Assembly (NCBI GenBank): GCA_002793035.1
Contig: PFPL01000045.1
Span: forward strand, 9,669 to 73,668
Length of the DNA stretch: 64,000 nucleotides
Origin: Candidatus Magasanikbacteria bacterium CG_4_10_14_0_2_um_filter_33_14
GTDB lineage: Bacteria > Patescibacteriota > Patescibacteriia > Magasanikbacterales > UBA922
Reading direction: 5' to 3'
Both the position numbers and the translations under genes were made by a program. The notes beneath the pieces were generated by a model that saw only the letters and a list, made by a program, of their open reading frames with translations, did not search any database and was not told where the DNA came from. This document shows, piece after piece, positions 20,372 through 28,472 of the stretch (within the stretch, counting starts at the first letter, position 1; every line of letters begins with the position of its first letter).

Positions 20372-20640
20372 AAAAAAGAGGCAAACCGTGGCCCAAATAG
20401 AATTTAGTGGCTGGTGCCTCTAGTAATCCCAATGTGCCGGTATTGTCCAAGCTTCTTAAATACTTTAATTTCTTAAAATACTTAAATAGCTTGGAAAATG
20501 CCAGGTAAAACCTGGGATTTTATAGCTTTGACCGCTCGCTGGTGGAAGCCTCTGACAAGTTTCTGTTTAGGAACGCTTGTTATGGTAGAGGACACCTGTT
20601 AAACTTTTGTGTTTGTTTTTGGACATTCTCCGAAGAGATT
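20372..20640 (+). ncRNA. GC-rich structured RNA candidate, possibly RNase P RNA (rnpB)
   Basis: A GC-rich island in AT-rich context with no ORF. UGCCAGGUAAAACCUGGG resembles the E. coli RNase P segment UGCCAGGUAACGCCUGGG. GUAUUGUCCAAGC (P4 5' strand-like, cf. AAAGUCCGGGC) is complementary to the downstream UUUUUGGACAUUC (P4 3' strand-like). The conserved ACAGARA was not found, so the call is weak. Confidence 0.3.
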
Positions 20641-20851
20641 GTCTGGGTGCAAGCAGTGCTCTAAGCTGTGAGAGAGATTCCCACGTGTGTCTTCTTACCG
20701 TATATCTCTGATATCCGTTATCGAAGTCTTCATGTTGGAAACTCTTTTGTAATGTTCACAAATATATTATACCATTTTTTTCACTATTTGTCAATAGTGC
20801 GGGGTTATTGGCTTAGTTTAGCGTAAAAATAGTATATATTAGCCAAAAAAA

Positions 20852-20871
20852 TGTATAAACTAGTCTATACA
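20852..20871. repeat. dyad-symmetric motif copy 1 (TGTATAnnnnnnnnTATACA)
   Basis: tgtataaactagtctataca. Confidence 0.5.
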
Positions 20872-20891
20872 ATGTTAAAAAGAATGATAAC

Positions 20892-20932
20892 TTGTCCACA
20901 AAAGCGAAGAGTTTTCCACAGCTTTATCCACA
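20892..20932 (+). promoter_or_regulatory. cluster of three co-oriented DnaA boxes
   Basis: TTGTCCACA (20892-20900), TTTTCCACA (20913-20921), TTATCCACA (20924-20932, perfect consensus); a fourth TTGTCCACA lies at 21224-21232. Confidence 0.45.
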
Positions 20933-20933
20933 A

Positions 20934-20953
20934 TGTATAGGATAATCTATACA
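20934..20953. repeat. dyad motif copy 2
   Basis: tgtataggataatctataca, abutting the perfect DnaA box. Confidence 0.5.
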
Positions 20954-21079
20954 AAAACTAGTTTTCACTTGTGAAAAAACAGTGGATTTGTTGTGACTTG
21001 TTGTATTTTCAAATAGCTTGATCTATGTTTTTTGTGTGTAATACATCTTTTTATTGTTGTTCCCTAAGATTATGTACAA

Positions 21080-21099
21080 TGTATAGGAAAGTCTATACA
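21080..21099. repeat. dyad motif copy 3
   Basis: tgtataggaaagtctataca. Confidence 0.5.
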
Positions 21100-21234
21100 A
21101 ATATCAATATTCATTATGTTTGGGATTATTTTTTAAAAAATATTTGTATTCTCCAAAAAAGATAGATAAAATTTTTCATAAAATTTGACTGTTATACACA
21201 GTTTTTGAGTCTTTTCCCCAGTATTGTCCACATT

Positions 21235-21254
21235 TGTATAGGTTTTTGTAGACA
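21235..21254. repeat. dyad motif copy 4 (left boundary of the GC-rich islet)
   Basis: tgtataggtttttgtagaca; direct repeat of the copy at 22594-22613. Confidence 0.5.
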
Positions 21255-21385
21255 AATTATATAAAAACATTAACTTATAAAAAAAAACACCAATAAATTG
21301 GTGGGTTTGTAATATTGAATAGTATGTTGTGCAGGTTCCCGCGTCTTCCCTCCTTGTTTTAAGAGTTGACGCGGGTTACCTTGTT

Positions 21386-21864
21386 TTATCCCAAGTAGAG
21401 ACCTCTCTTTTTGAGCTTCTCCAGAGTGGTCCAGCCCTGCTTGAAGGCTCTCTGGGTAAACACCTGCCCTAAGCGTTTCAGCTTGTCGGTATATGGGGTC
21501 CAAGTAGAGCAGCGAACCCTTTCCTCTTCGTTGACACCACGCATGATGTCGAAACTATTGAGGGGTGGGCGTAGAGGTTGAGCAGGATGGTCTCGCCATC
21601 TGCTTTGTTTTCGGGGAGGTGGCCGTGTTCGAAGTAGTCGAGGGCTTCCTCTCAGGTGAGCCACTTTTTCTCCAGTCCGTGCAAGAACCAGCTGATCTGG
21701 TTTGTGCCGAGACGTTGGAAGCTCGGCATGATTTGCCGGAGATCTTCAAGAATTCTCTTGAGGATCTGGAAATCCTCACTAGAAATATTCTCGAGATCAG
21801 AGATCAGCTGCTCGCAGTCTCGCAAGGTGCAAGCCAGCTGTTGATATGTCCTGTCAATTGGCAA
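21386..21864 (-). pseudogene. third gene of the GC-rich islet operon, interrupted by an in-frame TGA and a frameshift
   Basis: TTG start 6 nt after GGAGGA. The 70-aa ORF ends at TGA (21652-21654); same-frame read-through gives a plausible RKPLDYFEHGHLPENKADGETILLNLYAHP. A second frame continues as ...EEERVRCSTWTPYTDKLKRLGQVFTQRAFKQGWTTLEKLKKRGLYLG to 21386. Confidence 0.4.
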
Positions 21865-21866
21865 TT

Positions 21867-22130
21867 TCAGTCCTCCTGGTTGCAGTTGCCTTTGCAGCAG
21901 CAGTTATCTCTTGGGTCGCACTTGTTGCATTTGGAACAGTGCCGGTAATGACAATGTTCACATTTGCAGGTGAAGCGTTCGTCGATGATAGCTCGACAGT
22001 AGAAGCAGGTTGTGAAGTACCATCTCTTTCCACAATTGGGACAAAGACGAGCAGGATAGCCGTCTTTTGTTTCGTCCGATGTGGAAATGTGTCCGCATTC
22101 GCAGACGTATTCGTTGGTCTGTCTGTTCAA
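21867..22130 (-). CDS. cysteine-rich zinc-ribbon-like small protein, paralog 2 (novel family)
   Basis: 87 aa, 17 Cys. Shares with the upstream paralog the pattern CxCG-x9/10-GxPARxC-x2-CxKxWYxTTCFxC-x4-DER-...-CDP-x3-CxCxGxC. GC-rich codon usage. Confidence 0.6.
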   Translation of the reverse strand: MNRQTNEYVCECGHISTSDETKDGYPARLCPNCGKRWYFTTCFYCRAIIDERFTCKCEHCHYRHCSKCNKCDPRDNCCCKGNCNQED

Positions 22131-22249
22131 ATTTGTTTCTCCTTTGTAAGTGGACTTATTTTAAGTATAGCTAGGGAAATTGTTAAATGTCAATTTTTTT
22201 TATAAACAATGAAGCCCTCTTGTATTTCACAAGTGGGCTTTATCATTGA

Positions 22250-22519
22250 TCAGCAGGACCCTTCGCAGGTGCATTCACCTGAAGGATCACAGCTTCCGCA
22301 AGTGGGGCAGTGGAGGTTTTTGCAGACATTACAGACCTTGTTGAGACGTTCGTCTAGATGAGTGTCACAGAGAAAACAGGTAGTATAGTACCAAATTTTC
22401 TCGCAACTAAGACAGCGCCTGGCAGGATTACCATGCTTGTAGTCAGCCGTGGTGTATCCTCCACAGTCGCAAATATTTTTTGGATCAATCTTTTTTGCAG
22501 GACCTTCTCTAACACGCAT
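22250..22519 (-). CDS. cysteine-rich zinc-ribbon-like small protein, paralog 1 (novel family)
   Basis: 89 aa, 16 Cys; RBS AAGGAG 6 nt upstream of ATG; first gene of the minus-strand operon. Confidence 0.6.
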   Translation of the reverse strand: MRVREGPAKKIDPKNICDCGGYTTADYKHGNPARRCLSCEKIWYYTTCFLCDTHLDERLNKVCNVCKNLHCPTCGSCDPSGECTCEGSC

Positions 22520-22559
22520 TTTGTAGCTCCTTCTTGGGAAGTGTCAAAGAGATACTTTT

Positions 22560-22587
22560 AGTATAGTACTTTGACATGTTATGTCAA
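22560..22587 (-). promoter_or_regulatory. near-consensus sigma70-type promoter for the islet operon
   Basis: On the minus strand: TTGACA-N16-TATACT, 39 nt upstream of the ATG. The -35 lies within the palindrome TTGACATAACATGTCAA. Confidence 0.45.
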
Positions 22588-22593
22588 TACTTT

Positions 22594-22613
22594 TGTATAG
22601 ATTGTTGTAGACA
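22594..22613. repeat. dyad motif copy 5 (right boundary of the islet, just upstream of the promoter)
   Basis: tgtatagattgttgtagaca. Confidence 0.5.
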
Positions 22614-22822
22614 AAGTGCATGAAAACATTTAAACATAAAAGTATCAAAACAATATAAATAAAAATAACAATAAAAAATTTATTATAAATATAAGTAAAA
22701 TGTTTTTATAATTTTGTTTTCTTGTTCTGGTATTTCATTGTTTTTATGAAATGAAATTATCAACACCTGCCCAATAATAGTAAAAAATGCTATACTACTT
22801 TTGTAACAATTAATCTTTTTAT

Positions 22823-23755
22823 ATGAATAAAAATATTGAAATCTTGCAAAATTTTAATTTGAAAAACATGCCCAATTTGGATGTGGCTGTGTTGGGAGCT
22901 CTGGAACTTTTTATGTCTGCTAAGTTACCAAAGTACACTGTAAAATTCAAAAAACCTTTGGTAGTTGGTAGTGGTAATGCTGCTGTTACTGGTAAGGTTT
23001 TGTTCTCTGATAGAGAAGCCGTCTTTGCTGACGAGAGTACTTATCTTGAAAAATTAAATACCATAAAGGGAATAGACGGAGCTATTCTTTTTTCTGCTTC
23101 TGGTAGTAAACATGCTATTCCAATTGCTAGAGAGCTAAAGAAACGTGGTATCAAAACTTTTTTAATTACTAACAATGGCAATGCTCCTGCAAAAAGATTT
23201 GTTACATCTGAAAATTTTTTTGTATTTCCAAAAAATCGTGAACCTTATACATATAATACGTCTACTTATATGGGAATGATTTTTGGAAAGACTCATGAAG
23301 AGCCAGAGCATATTTATAATTTTCTTTTGAAGAAAACTAGTAAAGAATTAAAAAAGAATTTTTTGAAATACGATGCTTTTTATTTGTTGATTCCTGAAGA
23401 ATTTTCTGCTATGAGTGAGATGTTTATGACAAAGTTTGATGAAATGTTTCAACCGGTTGTATCTGGTAGAGTTTTTACTATAGAGCAAAGCAAACATGCT
23501 AAGAGCGTTGTCAAAAATGATAAAGAACTTTTTATAAGTTTTGGTTATGAAAATAAGACTTTTGGTTTGGCAAAAAATAGACTAAATATTACTTTACCAA
23601 AACATGTGGATTATGCTGGTTTTATGTCTGTAGTTTATTATGTGATAGGTAATATTCAAGCAAGTCATCCTCCATATTTCAAAAAAGGAATTGTCAGTTA
23701 TTGTAAGAATGCTTCAAAGATTTTTGGGTATGAGATTAAGCCTATCGTAGAATAA
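22823..23755 (+). CDS. hypothetical protein (possible SIS-like sugar-phosphate-binding fold)
   Basis: 310 aa; LVVGSGNAAVTGKV...AILFSASGSKHAIPIARELKKRGIKTFLITNN resembles the SIS domain pattern; weak. Confidence 0.5.
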   Translation: MNKNIEILQNFNLKNMPNLDVAVLGALELFMSAKLPKYTVKFKKPLVVGSGNAAVTGKVLFSDREAVFADESTYLEKLNTIKGIDGAILFSASGSKHAIPIARELKKRGIKTFLITNNGNAPAKRFVTSENFFVFPKNREPYTYNTSTYMGMIFGKTHEEPEHIYNFLLKKTSKELKKNFLKYDAFYLLIPEEFSAMSEMFMTKFDEMFQPVVSGRVFTIEQSKHAKSVVKNDKELFISFGYENKTFGLAKNRLNITLPKHVDYAGFMSVVYYVIGNIQASHPPYFKKGIVSYCKNASKIFGYEIKPIVE

Positions 23756-23778
23756 AAACAAATACTTCAGAATAATTT

Positions 23779-23870
23779 CCCCTCCTAGTAGGAGGGGCTA
23801 GGGGAGGTCCACAGAAAATCAAGACGTTTTATTTTACAAAAGACCCCCTCTACCTCCCCCTAATAGGGGG
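23779..23870. other. nested GC-rich hairpin element upstream of the zwf-gnd fusion
   Basis: CCCCTCCTA-g-TAGGAGGGG; TAGGGGAGGT...ACCTCCCCCTA; CCCCCTAATAGGGGG. Confidence 0.3.
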
Positions 23871-23895
23871 AGAATCATTTTTTAAATTATTTATT

Positions 23896-26274
23896 ATGAA
23901 AAAACAAAAACAATTTTTAATTCCCGAAGTCCCAACAATATTTACCATCTTTGGAGCTACGGGAGACTTGATGGAACACAAAATTATTCCATCATTATTT
24001 TTTCTTTACAAACAAAAAAGATTACCAAAACATTTGAAAATTTTGGGCTTTGCGCGTCGTGATCTTAGTCATAAAGATTTTCGCAAAAAAGTATTGTCAG
24101 TTTTGCAAGAAATGAATTTTGTAAAAAATGAAAAACAGGCAGAAAAATTTTTGGAATTTTTTGAATACGTAAGAGGTGATTTTGCTGATGCTAAAAGTTT
24201 TGAAAGTTTGGGAGAAAAAGTAAAAGAAATAGAAGACGTTTGGAAAATTTGTGCTAACAAACTTTATTATTTAGCTGTGCCACCAAACTTCATGTCTGAA
24301 ATTGTGAGTAATTTGAAACGTACCAAACTTAGTGATCCTTGTGGTGGAAATATGGGATGGTCTCGTGTGATTGTGGAAAAACCAATTGGTTATGATAGAA
24401 ATAGTGCACAGGAATTGGAAAAGACATTGTCTATTTTGAAAGATGAACAAGTCTATCGCATTGATCATTATTTTGGTAAAGAAATGGTACAAGGAATTTT
24501 CAATTTTCGTTTTTCCAACAATTTTCTTGAGTCAGATTGGAACAATAAACATATTGAAAAAATTGAAATTAAGTTACTTGAAAGTATTGGCGTAGAAACT
24601 CGTGGAAATTTTTATGATAAAGTTGGTGCTTTGCGTGATGTGGGACAAAATCATTTACTTTCTGTTTTGGCTTTACTTGCCATGGACGATCCTCGTGATG
24701 CAAGTGCTGAAAGTGTGCGTGAGATGCGTGAAAAACTTTTGTCACAAATTACTATCATGAATAGTGAGGAAGTAAAAAAAAATACTTTTCGTGCTCAGTA
24801 CGAAGGTTATGACAATATTGCAGGAGTGGAAAAAAATTCTGAAACAGAAACTTATTTCAAATTGAAATTAAATATTGAATCTTTACGTTGGAGTGATGTA
24901 CCTATATATATTGAAAGTGGTAAGAAGGTTGGTCCTGCCAAAAAAGAAGTAGTAGTCACTTTCAAAGACCGTGAACCTTGTATTTGGTGTCAGCCGACTG
25001 GTCCTGCCAAAAATAAAGTAGTATTTTCTTTTGCACCTAAACAAGAAATAAATATAGATTTTTGGCAACGTAAACCAGGGTTTGAAGATGTACTAGAAAA
25101 ACGGGATTTCAAATTTTTGCTTTATAAAAAACAATCAAAATTTCCTTATGTGGAGGAGTATGCCAAACTTTTTTATGATGCCATACAGGGTCAACAGCGC
25201 TGGTTCATGACACGTGAAGAAGTTTTGCACGAATGGCGTATTGTTGATCCAATACTCAAAGCTTGGGAAAAAAGAAGTGTACCTCTTCATACGTATAAAG
25301 TGGATAATAGAGAAATTGTAGATATTGCTGACGACTTTTTCTTAACTAATGAAAAGAATTTCAAAAAAGAAATTGCTATTATGGGTCTTGGTCGTATGGG
25401 CGGAGGGTTGGCACAAAATTTGTTGGAAAAAGGCTGGAAAGTGGTTGGTCATAATAGAACTTGGGAAGTAACAGAAAAGTTGGAAAGTGTGGGTTTGACT
25501 GGCGCAAAAGAGGTAAAAGAAATGGTGGAAAAATTGATAGCGCCGAGAATAGTGTGGCTTATGTTACCAAACGGTAAACCTGTTGACGAGGCAATTTTTG
25601 ATAAAAAAGACGGGTTAATAAATTATTTAGAAAAAGGTGATATCATAATTGATGGAGGAAATTCTTATTTCAAGGACAGTGTTGAACGTGCTAAAAAATT
25701 GCAAAAATATGGTATTCACTTTCTCGATGCTGGTGTTTCGGGTGGTCCTGGTGGAGCTCGCAAAGGTGCTTGTGTGATGATTGGTGGTGACAAAAAAGTT
25801 TTCGCTAGTATTGAAACTCTTTTCAAAGATATGTCTGTTACCAATGGTTACGAATTTTTCCCTGGTTCTGGTGCTGGACACTTTGTCAAAATGGTTCACA
25901 ATGGAATTGAATATGGTATGATGCAAGCTCTTGGTGAAGGTTTCAATGTCATGAAAAAGTCTAATTACAAACTTGATTTGAAAAAAATCACTAGTGTGTA
26001 TAATAATGGTAGTGTGATTGAGTCCAGACTTGTTGGTTGGCTTTATGATGCTTTTGAAATTTATGGCATTGATCTCAAGAAGATAAGTGGTAAAGTAGAT
26101 AGTAATGGTGAAGGTGCTTGGACAGTAGATACTGCCAAAGCAATGAAATTGAAAGCAAAAGTAATAGAAGAATCTCTAAATTTTCGTAAACAATCACAAA
26201 AAAATCCAGATTATACTGGGCAAGTTGTTTCTGCTTTGCGGGGGCAGTTTGGGCAACACAAAGTAGAAAAGTGA
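23896..26274 (+). CDS. fused glucose-6-phosphate 1-dehydrogenase (Zwf) / 6-phosphogluconate dehydrogenase-like (Gnd) protein
   Basis: 792 aa. The N-terminus has G6PD motifs (FTIFGATGDLMEHKIIP; RIDHYFGKEMVQ). The C-terminal approx 300 aa has the 6PGDH NAD-binding fold (IAIMGLGRMGGGLAQNLLEKGWKVVGHNRT; GGNSYFKDSVERAKKLQKYGIHFLDAGVSGGPGGARKGACVMIGGD). Confidence 0.8.
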   Translation: MKKQKQFLIPEVPTIFTIFGATGDLMEHKIIPSLFFLYKQKRLPKHLKILGFARRDLSHKDFRKKVLSVLQEMNFVKNEKQAEKFLEFFEYVRGDFADAKSFESLGEKVKEIEDVWKICANKLYYLAVPPNFMSEIVSNLKRTKLSDPCGGNMGWSRVIVEKPIGYDRNSAQELEKTLSILKDEQVYRIDHYFGKEMVQGIFNFRFSNNFLESDWNNKHIEKIEIKLLESIGVETRGNFYDKVGALRDVGQNHLLSVLALLAMDDPRDASAESVREMREKLLSQITIMNSEEVKKNTFRAQYEGYDNIAGVEKNSETETYFKLKLNIESLRWSDVPIYIESGKKVGPAKKEVVVTFKDREPCIWCQPTGPAKNKVVFSFAPKQEINIDFWQRKPGFEDVLEKRDFKFLLYKKQSKFPYVEEYAKLFYDAIQGQQRWFMTREEVLHEWRIVDPILKAWEKRSVPLHTYKVDNREIVDIADDFFLTNEKNFKKEIAIMGLGRMGGGLAQNLLEKGWKVVGHNRTWEVTEKLESVGLTGAKEVKEMVEKLIAPRIVWLMLPNGKPVDEAIFDKKDGLINYLEKGDIIIDGGNSYFKDSVERAKKLQKYGIHFLDAGVSGGPGGARKGACVMIGGDKKVFASIETLFKDMSVTNGYEFFPGSGAGHFVKMVHNGIEYGMMQALGEGFNVMKKSNYKLDLKKITSVYNNGSVIESRLVGWLYDAFEIYGIDLKKISGKVDSNGEGAWTVDTAKAMKLKAKVIEESLNFRKQSQKNPDYTGQVVSALRGQFGQHKVEK

Positions 26275-26835
26275 GGTTAATCTGAAAATAACAATCCTGA
26301 TATCCGGATAATCCAGATTTACGGATATTTTTCTCCTATTAAGAGGGGGTAAGGGAAATCTTTAGTAAAGTAAAACATCAAGTTCAAATTTACTAGATAC
26401 TGAGTAAATAAAGATTCAACTATCCGGAAATTCCGGATAACTGAAAATGGCAATAACAAAAAACAATCTCTCAAGATTGTTTTTTGTTATTTATTAAGGA
26501 ATTTCTTTTTTTACATCGGGATCATTTTTCATATACTTCCATAATTCTTCAAAAAGCAGGGAATGTGTAACAATGAAATTCGTTATCCAGCGTTGTAACG
26601 AAATTCGTTCTTTCAGACTCATTTCGTCATTCCTTTTATATTTTAAAAGCTCTTGTTTTTCTCTTTTAACATTGACTAAAAGGTGTTTTTGTAATAGAAT
26701 TGGTTTGATTATGATTTGAAAAAAGTTATTTTCGTTTTCATTATTTTGTTAGAAAAAATTATTTATATTTAAGAAACCTGCCTGCCGGCAGGCAGGGATC
26801 CCTCTGCTTAAGGCTGTTCAGGATGACATAACCCT

Positions 26836-27927
26836 ATGCTATCACTCGCCATCGTCGGACTACCAAACGTCGGGAAATCTACACTTTTTAACGCACTTAC
26901 CAAAAGTAAACAAGCTGATGCTGCCAACTATCCTTTTTGTACTATTGAACCTAATGTGGGAGTGGTAGAGGTGCCTGATGAACGTCTGCAACCTTTGGCT
27001 GAGACTTCCAAAGCTCTGAAGATTGTACCAACCGCGATTGAATTTGTGGATGTGGCTGGTTTGGTGAAAGGTGCTTCAGAAGGTGAAGGACTTGGAAACA
27101 AATTTTTGTCTCATATCAGAGAATGTGATGCTATTATTCAAGTTGTGCGTGCTTTTGAGGATGGAAATATTACGCATGTGCATGGTAAAGTAGATCCAAA
27201 AGATGACAGTGAGGTAATCAATCTTGAACTTATTATGGCTGACTGGCAGACTGTAAGTAAAAGATTGGATAGAGTTCGAAAAGATGCCAAAGGTGTAAGA
27301 GCAAAAGAATTATCCAAAGAGTTGGAACTACTTGAAAAACTTGATGCGCATCTTCAATCTGGGAAACCTGCTAGAACTTTGGAAGATGATGGTTCGTTCG
27401 TTGTTGGTGAAGATGAACAATTGATTTTGCGTGATTTGCATCTTATTTCTATGAAGCCACTTATGTATGTGGTGAACATAGAGGAACGAGGAACGGGGAA
27501 TGAGGAACGAAACTATGATCTTGACGCACCATATATTGAAGTTTGTGCGAAGTTGGAAGCTGAACTTTCAGAGCTTAGCGATGAAGATTCTAAAGATTTT
27601 ATGGCAGATTTGGGAATGACACAAAGTGGTCTAGACAAATTGATTGTGGCTGGTTACAAACTTCTCAATCTCGTAACTTATTTTACTTCTGGTGTGCAAG
27701 AAACTAGGGCTTGGACTGTGACCAAAGGTGCCAAAGGTCCTGAAGCGGCTGGTGTAATTCATACAGATTTTATCAAGGGTTTTATCAAAGCTGATGTGGT
27801 AAACTGGAAAGATTTTGTAGAGCATGGTGGTTGGAATGGAATAAAGGGTACTGGTAAAATGCGTCTCGAAGGAAAAGAATATATTGTCGAAGATGGAGAT
27901 GTTGTTTATTTTCATGTGGCGACATAA
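26836..27927 (+). CDS. ychF: ribosome-binding ATPase YchF (Obg-family GTPase)
   Basis: [33 protein letters not shown]-terminal TGS domain. Confidence 0.85.
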   Translation: MLSLAIVGLPNVGKSTLFNALTKSKQADAANYPFCTIEPNVGVVEVPDERLQPLAETSKALKIVPTAIEFVDVAGLVKGASEGEGLGNKFLSHIRECDAIIQVVRAFEDGNITHVHGKVDPKDDSEVINLELIMADWQTVSKRLDRVRKDAKGVRAKELSKELELLEKLDAHLQSGKPARTLEDDGSFVVGEDEQLILRDLHLISMKPLMYVVNIEERGTGNEERNYDLDAPYIEVCAKLEAELSELSDEDSKDFMADLGMTQSGLDKLIVAGYKLLNLVTYFTSGVQETRAWTVTKGAKGPEAAGVIHTDFIKGFIKADVVNWKDFVEHGGWNGIKGTGKMRLEGKEYIVEDGDVVYFHVAT

Positions 27928-28076
27928 AGTGGATTGTGGAACGGGGAATGACATACAGATTACAAATTATACAGATTTACAAAAAAGGATTTACTTACGA
28001 CCAGAGGGAGTAAGTTTGTATCGGATTAACTCACTCTTTTTAGTCGTGAGTATATTCCACATTATTAAATTTTTTT

Positions 28077-28472
28077 ATGCGAATTGGAGTAATTATCTTA
28101 CAAGATAAAAAAATATTATTAATGCATAGATTCAAAAAAGGTAGAGAATTTTTTTCTTTACCAGGTGGTGGAGTAGAGGAAAATGAAAGTGTAGAAGAAA
28201 CGGCAACTCGAGAAGCAAAGGAAGAAACAAGTTTAGATATTATTTTGGGAGAAAAGTTTTTTGAATATTATAATGATTTTGATAAGAGAAAAAACATCGT
28301 TTTCTTAACCAAAGAATTTTTAGGTGAAGTAAAGCTTGGTGGGCCTGAAGTAGATAGAATTTCAAAAGAAAATAAATATATGTTGGAGTGGCATGATTTG
28401 AGTGAATTAAAAAAATTGAATATTGTTCCAGAAATATTGAAAGATAAATTAGTCGAAAAATATGGAGTTTAA
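28077..28472 (+). CDS. NUDIX hydrolase
   Basis: Nudix box GGGVEENESVEETATREAKEETSL. Confidence 0.75.
   Translation: MRIGVIILQDKKILLMHRFKKGREFFSLPGGGVEENESVEETATREAKEETSLDIILGEKFFEYYNDFDKRKNIVFLTKEFLGEVKLGGPEVDRISKENKYMLEWHDLSELKKLNIVPEILKDKLVEKYGV

Noticed and set aside
20372-20720. tmRNA or SRP RNA identity for the GC-rich block
   Set aside because: No tRNA-like 3' end (GGGTTCGAxTCC...CCA), no tag ORF ending GCAGC-TAA-like, and no SRP helix-8 GGAAGCAGCC motif; the RNase P-like features fit better but remain weak.
21565-21948. 127-aa plus-strand ORF in the islet
   Set aside because: Antisense mirror of the minus-strand helical protein. It lacks an RBS, while the minus-strand gene has GGAGGA plus TTG and is operonic.
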